Positions 26,047 to 39,699 of a DNA stretch of 64,000 nucleotides are shown in pieces. The position numbers and the translations under genes were made by a program. The notes under the pieces are model-generated. The model did not search any database. It worked only from the letters and a program-made list of their open reading frames with translations, and was not told the origin of the DNA. This DNA comes from Octopus sinensis (lineage: Eukaryota). Location of the stretch: assembly GCF_006345805.1 (NCBI RefSeq), contig NC_043009.1, forward strand, positions 58,838,001 through 58,902,000, in the 5' to 3' direction. Each line of letters starts with the position of its first letter. Position 1 is the first letter of the stretch.

Positions 26047-26959
26047 GTATGTATATACTTAAATATGTCAATTTTAACCATGCAGGTATTCTATAAACAT
26101 ACGTTGCTATGATAATGTACTTGAATTCGAAGAACACAGCTGAAAGGGATATTATAACGATGACGATGACAGCAACATGAACACCTGCAGCAGCAATAAT
26201 AATGGCAATAACAACTTTATTAATGTTAATAATAACGATAATGTTTCGCTTTGTTTTAACATATTTAATTGCTATCTAACCATATCTACTCTCCTGGAGA
26301 GCGGATACATCAGTGATATTTAAACAGTTTCACATTTCGTTTGATAAAAGCAGCCCGTAGAGTTAGCTTTGATTTGCCTCATATAACAGAACTATAGTCG
26401 AAGTCGAGAATTCGTCTATATAGACGTTTAACAAGCTAGAAATAGCAGTCAAATTAGCTTTGCATCAAATCTACTGTCTTCAAAATAAAAGAAACACAAA
26501 TGGAAAATGAATGGTAAGTTGAATATTTATCTGCAGGAATACTCTTGGTCTTGAGGACTCCTTAATCAAGCATACTCATCTGGAAGCTAAACCACCAAGT
26601 GGTTATCAACGACTGTAAACCTGAATGCTCAATCTGCTAGAAAAAGGAAGAAAAGTAATCTGGAACGTATTTGGCTGTGTGTCCGCCTGGATCAAGGATT
26701 ATATAAAGTGAAACCAGCATAGCTATCAACAATAACAAACTTAACGACCCATAACCATCCAGCTAGATACGAATCAAATATTTCACAAGGCTCAAGTCCA
26801 ATTCTACACCAGTGTTTCTCAATCATTTTCTTTTGTCCCTTGCCTCATTTTTATATCCCCAAATGATGTCCGCCTATTTGTGTAACATACACAAAGAGAT
26901 ACCCATGTATATACGTATACCTAAATGTGCGCATATATTGTAGTTTTAATACACATTAC

Positions 26960-27628
26960 GTTGATTTCAAATCTTGGGGCAAGATTAGCAATTTTGGCAC
27001 AAGATCGGGGGAGGGCTAAGTCGTTTAGGTCAACACCAGCGCTCCATTGATACTTGTTTTATCGATCACAAAATGGTAAAGGACAAAGTTCAACTCAGAA
27101 CATTAAGACGGACGAAATATCGCTAAGCATTTTGTCGGACGTGCTCGCGATTCTGCAGGCTCAGGGTCTTAGTCACGCATGTTATATTCTTTTCTATTCT
27201 AGGCACAAGGTCCGAAATTTGGGGAGAGGGGGCCAGTCGATTAGATCGACCCCAGTACTCAATTGGTACTTAATTTAACGACCCCGAAATAATGTACGGC
27301 AAAGTCGACCTCGGCGAAAATTGAACTTAGAGGGTAAAGACAAGAATTACCGCAAAACATTTCGCCCGGCGTGCTAAAGTTTCTGCCAGCTCGCAGCATT
27401 AATATAATAATATATTCTTTTCTACTCTAGGCACAACGCCCGAAATTCTAGGGGAGGGGCCCAGTCGATTAGATCGACCCCAGTACGCATCTGGTACTTA
27501 ATTTATCTACCCCGATTGGATGAAAGGCAAAGTCGACCTCGGTGGAAATTGAACTCAGAACGTAAAGACAGACGAAATATCGCAAAGCATTTCGCCCAGC
27601 GAGCTAACATTTCCGCTAGCTCACCGCA
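26960..27628 (-). mobile_element. Three head-to-tail family M SINE copies
   Basis: Repeated ggcaaagtcgacctcgg..gaactcagaacgtaaagac..gcatttcgccc. Confidence 0.8.
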
Positions 27629-27893
27629 TATTATAGTCATGCATATTATATTAACAAGTTGCTAATGCTATAATCTGAAGAATTGCCACACCCAAGCAGT
27701 CGTGGCGTATGTCAAGTCTTGAGAAACACTGACCCATATACGTGTTTTAATAAAAGACAGGAATAATCTGGATTAGAAATGATATCAGTTTTGAAATGGG
27801 TTTGGCAGATTACTAATGACCTGGGATTAAATATTGTTAATAATAATAACAACATGATAAACAACAACGACAACAACAACAACAACAACAACA

Positions 27894-28265
27894 GTGGAGG
27901 CGCAATGGCCCAATGGTTAGGGCAGCGGACTCGCGGTCGGAGGAGGATCGCAGTTTCGATTCCCAGACCGGGCATTGTGTGTGTTTATTGAGCGAAAACA
28001 CTTAAAGCTCCACGAGGATCCGGCAGCGGGTGGTGGCGACCCCTGTTGTACTCTTTCGCCCCAATTTTCTTTCACTCTTTCTTCCTGTTTCTTGTCCCCG
28101 ACTTCCTATGCAACCACTGAGCCTGGATGCGTATTCCTCCATCCGTCGATGCTCTCGGTGTCGGTGGTTGACCTGCTTTCTCTTCTGCGGGTCTTACGAA
28201 TAGCAAAGGACCACATTTCGAACTTTTCCCATCTGGCGAGCTCTGGGAAGAAGAACGTTCACTCA
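27894..28265 (+). mobile_element. tRNA-derived SINE, head A + tail T2
   Basis: Same head as 5099 up to ...ttcttcctgtt, then an unrelated 180-bp tail ending in (CAA/CAG)n. Confidence 0.85.
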
Positions 28266-28554
28266 ACAGCAACAGCAAAAACAACAGCGACAACTACAAC
28301 TACTACTACAACCACTGCTGCTAATTTATTACTAACAGCTCGACAATTGGTACTTCTAACTACTTAGCATAAACGATAACAACGTGATCAAGACAAGGGA
28401 ATAATTGAACATCTGTCTCATCGATTAAAATTGACTCAGAGTTAAATATGAGGTCAATAGCAACAGCATCAGCAACAACGGGGAACACAAGAACAAAAAC
28501 AAGAACCACAACAAAAACAACCGCAGCAGTAGCGATAACGACAACGTCATCATG

Positions 28555-28858
28555 TTGTTTGTTCCTTCTCGAGCCATGCCTGGCGCATTAGGGCCGGTTC
28601 CCCGGTTTCCTTGGTGTATAGGTTCCCAACCTGGACGGGACGACGGTCCGTCGCAGGTGAACTGCAAGATGCAGGAGGAAAAAGTGAGAGAAATTTGTGG
28701 CGAAAGAGTCAGCAGAAGTTCGCCATTACCTTCTGCCGGAACAGCGTGTAGCTTAGGTGTTTCGCACATAAACACACACATCGCACGGTCTGAGATTCGA
28801 ACCCGCGATCCCTCAACCGCAAGTCCGCTGCTCTAACCACTAGGCCATGTGTCTCCAC
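28555..28858 (-). mobile_element. tRNA-derived SINE, head A variant + tail T3
   Basis: Homologous to 50865-51165. The tail ends ...ggctcgagaaggaacaaacaac. Confidence 0.85.
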
Positions 28859-29299
28859 AGGCCATGTGCCTCCAGATGTGCTTCAGATATAATCATAGGA
28901 GTTTGCATTGTGCAATGCGTTTCTCACTTTAAGACGTTAAGGTTTACCTAAAATAGTTTGGTCTGCTATATTTAGTAAGACCGGTCAGTGTGTACATGCG
29001 CGTTGGGAATGGTCTACTTTTGGCTCCTGGTCACCGTTGACGTAATTGTTGTTAGTTTTGTTATTCGTACTGTTGCTGTTGTCATCGTCGTCCACGCGAC
29101 TTGAAAAAAAGGTCCGTGACTCTGGCGTTATGGCTATATTGAGTAGGAGACACTGGCAGGAAGCTTAATTCTTCTGTGTCTCACAGAAAAACAACATGAA
29201 GGAGATTTTAATAGAAACCTCTATGGAAAAAATAACAAGAACAAGGACATAATAGCAGCTAATTATGGTAGTTTTACAACAATAAAGATAATAGGGTAA

Positions 29300-29770
29300 C
29301 AACAACATTACAACACAGGCTGAAGCAGCAACAGCAACAACAGCAATAATGATGACAGCAACGAAAGTCGATGCAACGACCGCAACAGCAACAGCTGCAG
29401 CGAAAACAACAACATCAAGATGAGTAGGCGCAGCAACAACAGAAAGAAGAAAAGCAGCTGCTGCACCAACGAGAGTAATAAGGACAACAGCAACAAAATT
29501 AGGTGCACCAACTGCAGCAGCAAAAACAGTCGAAAGCAACAATAACAAAAATATTTGCAGCAACAACACCAACAACAACAACTAGATACAAGAAAAATAA
29601 TAATTACAACAATATTAAGAGCGGCTGTGCAACAGCAACAACAACAATAACAAGATAATGAATGCAGCTAATGCAACTGCACCAATATGGGTAGCAGCTA
29701 CAGCGACTGCAAATGCAGCAACAACAACAACAACAACAACAACACAATCAAGAACAACAGCAACAATAAA
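29300..29770. repeat. Degenerate (CAA/CAG)n low-complexity tract
   Basis: Directly visible. Confidence 0.85.
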
Positions 29771-30184
29771 AATGCTAACATGCATTAGTTTATTATCTTA
29801 AGCTAGTGAACTCTAACAATTTCATTTGCATTTTACTAAATTTACACTCGACGATAAAAGAGCGCCAATATTATTATATTTTGATATCGCATATTTCAGG
29901 AGAGTAATGGCGGCGGTGGCAAGCTAAAAGACGATGCCAGACTTTTGTTCTTTTAATTACTCAAAGGAATAGGGACAATATCGAAATTTGAGTCGATTTT
30001 TTTCAGGGCACATGTCTCTGATTCATTTTGAGAAATTTTAATGCAAGCAAGATTCTTCAAATGGAAAATCCAAAGTTTGCGTTAAAGGCCATATTCCTTT
30101 GTTTGTTCAGAAGCATTGACAAAGGGGAGATAGTTTTAACTTTACATTATTTTAAATCTTTATATGTATATATATATATGTATA

Positions 30185-30248
<64 letters not shown>

Positions 30249-30304
30249 TTATATAAATAAGAATAGGATCGATATTTAAATATATATATATATATATTTA
30301 CATA

Positions 30305-30353
<49 letters not shown>

Positions 30354-30664
30354 GTACGCACACACATATATATATATATTGATTATGAAGCCTGATACAA
30401 TAATTTTGAAGATTATCATCGAAGTGATATTTAGATATTGGGAAATCTTAACAACTACTCTGATTTGTCATGATTCCGAACCAACCAATGAAATCGATGA
30501 ACTAGTTTCGAATGTCTTTTAATCTGTTTGTATGAGTGTGTGTGTATGCTTATACGCGTACGCGCGCGAGTGTGAATGTAGGTTATTTTATATTTTAAAG
30601 AAAAATAAACTCGTTTTAATTTCTTATATATATATATATATATAATATATGTGTGTGTGTGTGC

Positions 30665-30710
<46 letters not shown>

Positions 30711-30718
30711 TATATATA

Positions 30719-30928
30719 CTTTATTTAAATGAAGCAGAAATATAACAAAAGCTGTTCCTCAGAGTTTCACGTTCCCGTTCGTCGGACAGTTTTGTTAAAA
30801 ATAACTGTCCGATGACGGGGCCGTGAAACTCTGAGTAGCATCTTTTGTTATATTTCTGCTGCTTTTAAATAAAGCATATTACTCTACCTTTGGTATTTGA
30901 GTACTCTTTTTTTCCACCTTGTTTCACA
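30719..30928. mobile_element. Palindromic element (family H2) with hammerhead-like motif, in (TA)n
   Basis: Inverted arms at 30719-30791 and 30803-30874. Two-arm consensus: ctgt CCGAYGA acg-ggaa-cgt GAA actc-t-gagt A acag. Confidence 0.75.
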
Positions 30929-32346
30929 TTTATGTGCTTACTCCGGTATATATATATTATATATACATACATACATACATACATACATACATACATACAT
31001 ACATACACATACATACATGCAAAATGGCTGGTGGTTAGTAAGGAGAGACACAAATAAGAAACAAGAAATCAAAGGACCACTGATGAGGTCACAGGAGTGT
31101 GACGAAAGAACTCTGGCCGAAATAAGATTAAGATTAATGTAAAAAATAAATAACACTGAAGCAAAGTAACACCAAATATATAGTGCGTGTGTTTTTATTG
31201 GCTAAACTGGCAAAATGAGCATTCCGAAATACAACAACATACATACATCATTCCATATATATACATATAAATTACATGGTAGGATTGGTACTTCTTTACT
31301 GCTAAAATTGACTATAGAAATGTGAAGTATCTTACCTTTTTCAAGGATACTACACGCTGTTCGGTCCAGGAATCGAACCAATATCTTGTCCTAATTATCA
31401 GCCATATACAGTAGCCACTACGCTATATATCTTCACTTCGGTCGTAACGGTCATAATTAAAGGCACAGGGATCGTACCGTATCCATTTTTATAACGTGAC
31501 CCGAACGAATGTAACATAGAATTTTTATTTCATTTAAACGTCATATTTTTACACCTTCAGAAAAAATAACAAACTAAATGAATAAATACAAAAAAATGCT
31601 TATGTCAGTCATTTTGTATGTTTATTTTTGACATTTTAAGCATATGTTCCGTTAGAAGAATTTGGTGACATTTTGACAACTTGGTATTATATGCACTCAA
31701 AATGATACGGCATTTGGAACTAGTCAATGTCGGAAACATCTCTTATAGTCAGAACACGATAACTCATGACTATTGAAAACTTATAAATATTGAGTTAAAA
31801 TTGTAAACGTTTGCTAAATCGTCATAAACGTCTCACAGTCTTTTATAAGTTATGCGTCTAGATTGCTTTATTAACAATCTTGTATATATTTATACGTTCC
31901 GACTGTTTTAAAGTTAAATCTCACGTGACTTTTGATGACAGATTTTGTTTTTCTTTCTTTCAATTAATTTTCGCATGGCGGCTCAAGAGACATGCAGTTC
32001 TCACAGCAAAATTTTGTGAAGAGTGTCTACGACGAATGATGGCGCGTATTTTGTTTCAATTACGTATGACAAATTAACTCTTTCTGACAACTTTTTTACT
32101 CGATATGTTTATTTATACCGCAGTCTCACAGAATTCGTAATTCATAAATATATTTTCGGAGCACATAGACGCTCTTATGACAATATGATGTATCTTATGC
32201 AGTACATATCTGCATTAATACTGAGGATATGTTTGTGTGCTTGTGTGCATATATATATGCACATATATTCCTCTGTATGAATATGTATAAACAGATGGAA
32301 AAACTTGGAAAAAATATAGATTGTTGGAGTGATTGGTATACACAAG

Positions 32347-32721
32347 TTGGCACTCCGTCGGTTACGACGACGAGGGTTCCAGTTGATCCGATCAACGGAA
32401 CAGCCGGTTCGTGAAATTAACGTGCAAGTGGCTGAGTACTCCACAGACACGTGTACCCTTAACGTAGTTCTCGGAGACATTCAGCGTGACATAGATTGTG
32501 ACAAGTCTGGCCCTTTGAAATACAGATACAGCAGAAACAGACAAAGTGAGAGAAAGTTGTGGTGAAATAGTACAGCTCGGTTCGCCACACTCCCTGCTGG
32601 AGCTTCGTGGAGCTTTAGGTATTTTTGCTCATTAAACAGTCTCAACGCTCCGTCTGGGAATCGAAACCATGATCCTACAACTGCGAGTGCCCTGGCCTGA
32701 CCACTGGGCCATTGCGCTTCC
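32347..32721 (-). mobile_element. tRNA-derived SINE, head A + Nin/Deu-like tail T4
   Basis: Head A at 32721-32540. Tail with gggtacacgtgtctgtggagtactcagccacttgcacgttaa is shared with 53611-53930. Confidence 0.8.
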
Positions 32722-32758
32722 ATAGATATACATACATACACACCCATATGTACATACG

Positions 32759-32795
<37 letters not shown>

Positions 32796-32891
32796 CCATG
32801 CATATATGCATGTATAAATATACATGCATATATGTATATATTTGCATGTATATATATACGCGTATAGATATATGTACGCATGTAAATATAT

Positions 32892-32972
<81 letters not shown>

Positions 32973-32978
<6 letters not shown>

Positions 32979-33364
32979 CAATAAAAGGCTTCCAAATAAG
33001 GAAGCGTTGTGCTAGAACACAAAAAGGGATAAATTCATGAAAGGAAAGAAAATTAAAAACATTTACCATCTGAACTATATCCCACGTAGGCATTCCACTG
33101 AAGAACCTGGCCTTGGCAAATATATTTTGTTTGTTTGCTTAAAATAGGTAGAAACCGTTCGGTCTGGGATATAGTTGAAATGGTAAATGTTTTTAATTTT
33201 TATTCCTTTCATGAATTTATCCCTTTTTGTGTTCTAGCGCAACGCTTCCTTATTTGGAAGCCTTTTATTGTATTTCTATATGAATAATGTATAGTCTAAT
33301 GACTAATTCGTCTTTTGTGCTAGGCCACTGGTAATAATAAATTATTATTACCCTATTTCATTTT

Positions 33365-33368
<4 letters not shown>
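32973..33368 (+). mobile_element. Palindromic hammerhead element (family H3)
   Basis: Inverted arms 32973-33084 and 33165-33276 enclose a hammerhead core. Terminal hairpin GGTAATAATAA-A-TTATTATTACC at 33330-33352. Flanked by (GA)n and (TA)n. Confidence 0.85.
33092..33170 (+). ncRNA. Type I hammerhead ribozyme
   Basis: attcca CTGAAGA acct-[extended hairpin]-aggt a GAA acc-gttc-ggt C tgggat. Predicted cleavage is after C33164. Confidence 0.75.
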
Positions 33369-33422
<54 letters not shown>

Positions 33423-33540
33423 AATAATTAATAAATATAAGGGTAGCAAAAATAATAGAAAAATTCTCCGCTACCAGCGGTCTAGTGAGAGAGAAAAGAT
33501 AGTCAAAGACTATGGCCTATTAGGGCCATTCCTTATATTG

Positions 33541-33579
<39 letters not shown>

Positions 33580-33587
<8 letters not shown>

Positions 33588-33850
33588 TAAGGGTTAAGCA
33601 ACAAGTTGCTTCACACATACCGAAAATTTAGAAGTGGCAGCCAAAGACTGCTCATTCCGTTTTACTACAGATATTACTCCACAGATAACAATACTTGTAA
33701 CCCACATAGACAAACAGAAGAAAAGTAATGAAATCAAACAGTTTTCGATAAATTATAGACGCGTTTCTGCGTTAGAATTATACAAATTCATTCCCGTCGT
33801 CAGCACAATATTTCGATAATTTATAAATTAGAAAATGCTACGAACCTACC
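33580..33850 (-). mobile_element. Hammerhead-bearing element related to the 49019 element (family H5)
   Basis: aattaagggttaagcaacaagttgcttcacacataccgaaaatttagaagtggcagccaaag is homologous to 49027-49087. Confidence 0.7.
33752..33809 (-). ncRNA. Minimal type I hammerhead ribozyme motif
   Basis: Minus strand: attgtg CTGACGA cgggaatgaatttgtataattctaacgca GAA acgcgt C tataat. Palindromic ACGCGU stem III; the base of stem II is imperfect. Confidence 0.65.
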
Positions 33851-33863
33851 TTTTATATATATA

Positions 33864-34175
33864 TCATCATCATCATCATCATCATTTAGCGTCCGTTTTC
33901 CATGCTAGCATGGGTTGGACGGTTCAACTGGGGTCTGTGAAGCTGGAAGGCTTCATCAGGCCCAGTCAAATCTGGCAGTGTTTCTATGGCTTGATGCCCT
34001 TCCTAACGCCAACCACTCCGTGAGTGTAGTGGGTGCTTTTTACGTGCCACCCGCACAGGAGCCAGCAGGAGCTGGCAGACGGCCACGGACGGATGGTGCT
34101 TTTTACGTGTCACCGGCACGGGGGCCAGGTGAAGCTGGCAACGGCCACGATCGGATGATGCTTTTACGTGCCATG
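33864..34175 (-). mobile_element. RTE-related SINE/LINE 3' part with (GAT)n tail and three internal ggtgctttt(t)acgtg repeats
   Basis: Minus strand reads ggttggcgttaggaagggcatc...ccgtccaacccatgctagcatggaaaacggacgctaaa(tga)n. Confidence 0.7.
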
Positions 34176-34936
34176 TAATCGTATATGTAATCGTATATGT
34201 ATGTGTGTGTGTATGTGTGTGTGTGTGTGTGTGCGTGTGTGCGATGGGGTATTTGAGGATATTTGGTTTTTAGTTCATTACACTTACAAAGAATTTGAAA
34301 TATCATTTCTTTTCTTTAGATAACCCTTTCAAAAAAATTATGCTTACTCAAGAAATCAAAAGACAAGCAGTCATAGTTGATACACATGCAAACATGCTTG
34401 TTGGGATTTCGTGAACATCCAGTATTTAATTCAATATCTATAAGCTTTCAATAATCTCAGGCAACGTCATGTTCTGTGTATCAGATAGGTTTTCAATATT
34501 GTCAAGTTTGAAACGGTGATTCGTTTCCATAAGAAACTAAGATATCAAAATGTAAGCAAATGCCCCCATGGAACATGGACTTAAAATGTCAAAATACATG
34601 TGGAAATCATGGAATGGCATTTACTAAGATTGATTATTTTATTGATTATTGTATTGAATATCTTATTGATTATTTTATCAGCAAACGGTTGAATCAGTTA
34701 CGTCTGCTTATTTTCGATCCCCTGCTCAATACGAAAATGCTAATTTCAAAACACCGAGGCTGTCCTCCGTAGCTTTTCCAATCACTATTAATTAGAGATC
34801 AGAATGACAAAGGCATAATCAAGAACTCCGTGAAGGAATGTTTCGAACAAGTAGTCGGTGCTCTTGGCTTAATAAAAAGATAAAACCCAACCATTTAAAA
34901 ACATGCTGCCGAATTTTATTTTGAGCTTATGAGAAA

Positions 34937-35330
34937 TCTTTATATATAAAAGTCAAGTTGTGTGTCTGTCTCCTACGAGTTAGATTCCTAACTACTCACA
35001 CATTTTGCGGTGCAGTTTAACCAAAACCAGGTATCTTATAGTCGTGATTCATATCGAGCCCTTCTGGGTATTAGCGCGCGTCTATGATGAGTCTACGATT
35101 TAAAAAAAAATTGCCATCATTGTTTCCCATTTTAATGCATTTTTTCGCTATTATATAAGGTAAGTAACTCTTTAAAAATGTCTACAATGAGTCAACAATT
35201 TAAAAAAATTTACCATCATTTTTTCCCATTTTTAATGCATTTTTTGGTAATTTTTTTGCTATAACTCTCTAAAAATACTTATATAGTTATTTCCCTTACA
35301 AACCCGAGCAACGCCGGGCGATACTGCTAG
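34937..35330 (+). mobile_element. Non-autonomous Helitron (394 bp)
   Basis: A|TC...CTAG|T termini and subterminal hairpin cccgagcaacgccggg. Near-identical inverted copy at 43789-44183. Confidence 0.88.
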
Positions 35331-35671
35331 TTATTCATATTTTGTTATACAAATAAATTACCACCACTTAACCATTTACATTTAGAGAACGATGTGTTAA
35401 AGACATTGGATGATATTATTTATATACAATACACATATTTAAATACAATATTTAGATACAATATTTATATACAATATTTAGATATAATATTTATATACAA
35501 TACTTCATATTGCATATTTCCAATATATTTTACTATTGAGAATTATTACATGACACATTTCTTAATAAACAAGATACACATAATGGTAAATATTGCATAC
35601 AGCATTTCAAGTTTCCAAATAATGATTGGCTCAAAAGTAGGGAACATATACATGCTTATATACATATATAT

Positions 35672-35726
<55 letters not shown>

Positions 35727-35729
35727 TAT

Positions 35730-35960
35730 TTTCTTTTCCTTGTTTCAGTCATGTGACTGTGGCCATGTTGGTTTACCGCCTTTTGTCGAGCAAATCGACT
35801 CCAGGACTTATTCTTTGTAAGCGTAGTACTTATTCTATCGTTCACATTTTCCCGAACCGCTAGATTTCGCGGACGTAAACACACATGCATCGATTGTCAC
35901 GTAATGTTGGTGGGACAAACATAGACACACAAACATACGCACACACATATACAAACATAC
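35730..35960 (-). mobile_element. Family C SINE 3' half
   Basis: ttgtttcagtcatgtgactgtggccatg...cgaaccgctag. Confidence 0.75.
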
Positions 35961-35989
35961 ACATATATACATACATATACATACGTATA

Positions 35990-36025
<36 letters not shown>

Positions 36026-36659
36026 AATACAAAAACATCTCCTTTTATATGTATATATTATTGACCGCTAAATCCACAAGGTTTTTGTATTCTCTCTCTG
36101 TTTATTTCCTCGTGTTCCATTCTGTGGAAGAGCTTAGCCTCGAAATGTAAAAGAGTTTTTCATTTTCCCGAGCATTTTTCCGAGATTTTTGGTAACACAC
36201 TGTTGCTGCTTATCAGATCATACATGAATTGCCAACAACTACACATTAAAGGAGAAAATTGGTTTCTGTTATTGACGATGCATGGTCCACCTAAAGGGAG
36301 TGACCTACAACAAAGACAATGAATAGGTATCGTTCTCATTTGCGCGACATACCTGTCTGCATCACTTCTCTTTGAAAGAGCTTCTGCTATAACGCATATC
36401 GCGATCGAGGTTGGACACCTACCTCGGTCTAGAATATATTATGTTTTATTGCAACGCTTCATAAATTTGTTTTTTTAATTATCGACTACATTTATTTTAT
36501 TAACACATTGTCATCACTGTGCGTCATGCAAACTTTCAATAGAATTAAATCCCTTACAAGTGTGCTGCCGAAAGGTTGATTGTCCTTATAAGACTTCTCG
36601 CGCGTAACTCATTTAATCTGTATAACAATGAGTGTCAACACAAAATTTCTACAATGATA

Positions 36660-37706
36660 TTGGTTTCAGATTTTGTCACAAGGCCAGCAATTTCGGGGAA
36701 GGGGTAAGTTGATTACATCGTCTCCATTATGCAACTATTAGATATTTTAAAGACCCAGAAACGATGAAAGGTGAAGTGGCCTGAGCGTTATTTGAACTCA
36801 GAACGTAAAAACAGACGAAATGCCGTCAAGCATTTACCTCGGTGTGCTAATTATTGTGCCAGCTCACCGCCGTAATTTCTACCATAATATTACCAGATGG
36901 CTTACTTTATCCAGAATGAAACTTAAAATTCAGAGCAATTAAAAGATGCCTCTACCGCCCTTACCACCCGATTCTTCTTTAGTATTCATATACCTATTTC
37001 TTTATTACCCACAAGAGGCTAAACATAGAGGGGACAAACAAGGACAGACATACACATACACATACACACACACAAACACACACACACATACACACACACG
37101 CACACACACACACACACACATACACACGCACGCACACACACACACACTCACACACACATATTTATAGAAAGAAAGAGAATAATGTAGTTTAATTTATTTG
37201 TCCTACGCTTTAGCGATTTTTCTAATTAAACGCTAATAGAACGTCGAACGCAGCAAAAATGAACACATGTTGCATTGTTTAATTACTGTGAAAAGTCACA
37301 AAGGTTTACCTTTAAATGAATAATATTCTTGCTAAGTTAGGCAGCGAGCTGGCAGAAACGTTAGCACTCCGGGCGGAATGCTTAGCGGTATTTCGTCTGC
37401 GTTACGTTGTGAGTTCAAATTCCGCCGAGGTCGACTTTGCCTTTCATCCTTTCGGGGTCGATAAATTAAGTACCAGTTACGCACTGGGGTCGATGTAATC
37501 GACTTAATACCTATGTCTGTCCTTGTTTGTCCCCTCTATGTTTAGCCCCTTGTGGGTAATAAAGAAATAGGTATTTCGTCTGCCGCTGCGTTCTGAGTTC
37601 AAATTGCCTTTCATCCTTTCGGGGTCGATTAAATAAGTACCAGTTACGCACTGGGGTCGATATAATCGACTTAATCCGTTTGTCTGTCCTTGTTTGTCCC
37701 TTCTGT
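36660..37706. mobile_element. Family M SINE copies (36660-36872 minus; 37340-37706 plus, dimeric)
   Basis: Family M core motifs. Confidence 0.8.
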
Positions 37707-38229
37707 AGATTTACGTCGTCAACTACTTTAACCCCAATACATAGTCCTTCAGTATTCTTTGCGCAGATTATTCAGTTAATGATTTGGAGTTACAGCTCTA
37801 GTTTGGGTGATAACTTCTAGGTTCCTCAACCAGTCTAAGATATCCTGAACCAAACTGAGTATGTGCACTGTTCTTTCCCTGGTTTTTCCCTGGTTAAGTG
37901 GTAAAGATATGATTATTTTGACGGCCCTTTAACCCTAAAATTTCCCTGACATTTTCGTTAGAATCTCTAAGTTTATATTCATTCCTATAAACACCCCCAG
38001 TTAAATGCCAATAAAATAAAATAAACAATAAAATAAAATCCGAAGTTTTGGCGTAAAATTAGTAACACAAAACTGTATTTTTGCAGGAAACCTTCATAGC
38101 TGACTTTTACATTTCAATCTATCAGCTATGAAATCCGTTAATCAAAATATCTAAAGATTTCACAAAGAACATATTGGAATACGGCTTAAATGAATATATG
38201 TTTATATGAATATATCAATTTACTGATAT

Positions 38230-39440
38230 AAAATGCACCACATTTTCAATTATGTAGTACAATATGAATGTAATAACTTATTCTGTGTCATCTTTAAAGC
38301 CGACCTAAAATATTCTGTTGAGTTCTTTGTGAAAGTTTATACCAAATGTTATCTAAAATTAAATACAACCGAGGACAAGCAGTGTCACGAATCGCACCCA
38401 CTACTTATACGACCCCATATAAATCCGATAATAAACAAATCACTTCTATACAATATAGTAAAATCTATACACATTGCAATTATAATTCCCATAAAAGTTA
38501 AAACTGACAACAATATCCGGATTAACATCTCCAGGGATTAAACTAAATATCTGACAGTAAGGCACGGCAAAATCATAGAATACCGAAAATCAAATTCCTA
38601 ATCAGCCAATCCAAATGACATCATTAATCTGTAAATCACTCTGCTAATTTTCTTGTCAAACAACATAAAAATTAATCTAAAAAGAAACTCTTGTTAGACA
38701 CAATTATCATGTCTGTTAAACATTAAGCTTCCATCAGAATATCCGCCTCTCTCATCCACTGTTTCATAATTTACCTGGAGGGTATATTTGTCTTCCCACT
38801 TCATCTTAAATTCCTATTGAAATTGTACCGAAAATGTTGATGAGTTGTTAAGAGAGGACATTCTATGCACTCCGTCCTTTCATTGTATTCTTACACATCT
38901 TATTTTTTTTTATTTTTATATTAATAAGATCTGTCCAAACATTACTCCACAAGTCCGTAATCTTCGGAGTTTGAATATGGGTACAATGGATTCTTCCTTC
39001 GATCTTCGTCTATATCATGCAAAGTTTTCTCAGAATGTCTCTCAGTCAAAATTCCAGATTCGAATTTCCAACATAACAGAATGCTAAGTCGATCTTCAAA
39101 CAACAATTATTACCCTCCACTTGTTATACAATGGATGCATTATTAAGTATTCAGATGTCCTACTGCCTGATTGGTGGCAGAAGAGGTATGCCAATCCATT
39201 TCTATTCATCGGTTGGAATTCATTTGACTCAATGCAAATTTTTAGGTTGCAAAAAAGCACACACTCAACGCCAAGGAATAAATCGATATTACAATCACAT
39301 GGAATATGTACCTATCGTAGAATTCGGTACCTAGAAATCTCCACTGAGCTAGTATTCTCAAGCCGATGGCTCTTCTGTCAAGATTAATCCATTTTCTCTA
39401 AAGGAGCGAAGCACTGATCTAGTTTGAAAAGACCTGGAGA
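38230..39440 (-). mobile_element. Highly decayed CR1-like LINE
   Basis: Minus-strand KTRSVLRSFRENGLILTE at about 39425-39372 and weak downstream RT-like remnants. Confidence 0.35.
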
Positions 39441-39699
39441 AAACCGGTGATAAACGTCCGGCATATACACATACGCGTGCAGACTCAAAAACAGACATAC
39501 ACAGACACGCACACACACACGCATAAACAAAGGCATACAGTTTTTATACCATCGAATTCGCATGAAGAAACAAAACCTTTTAAAATAGAAACACAGGTAA
39601 GTAATGATGACTTACATATTTTTTTCTTCATACGTTCCGGTTGATTCGAACGTGAACACACTAAATGTATTTCATCACAAGAAAACAGTTCCTTTACGA

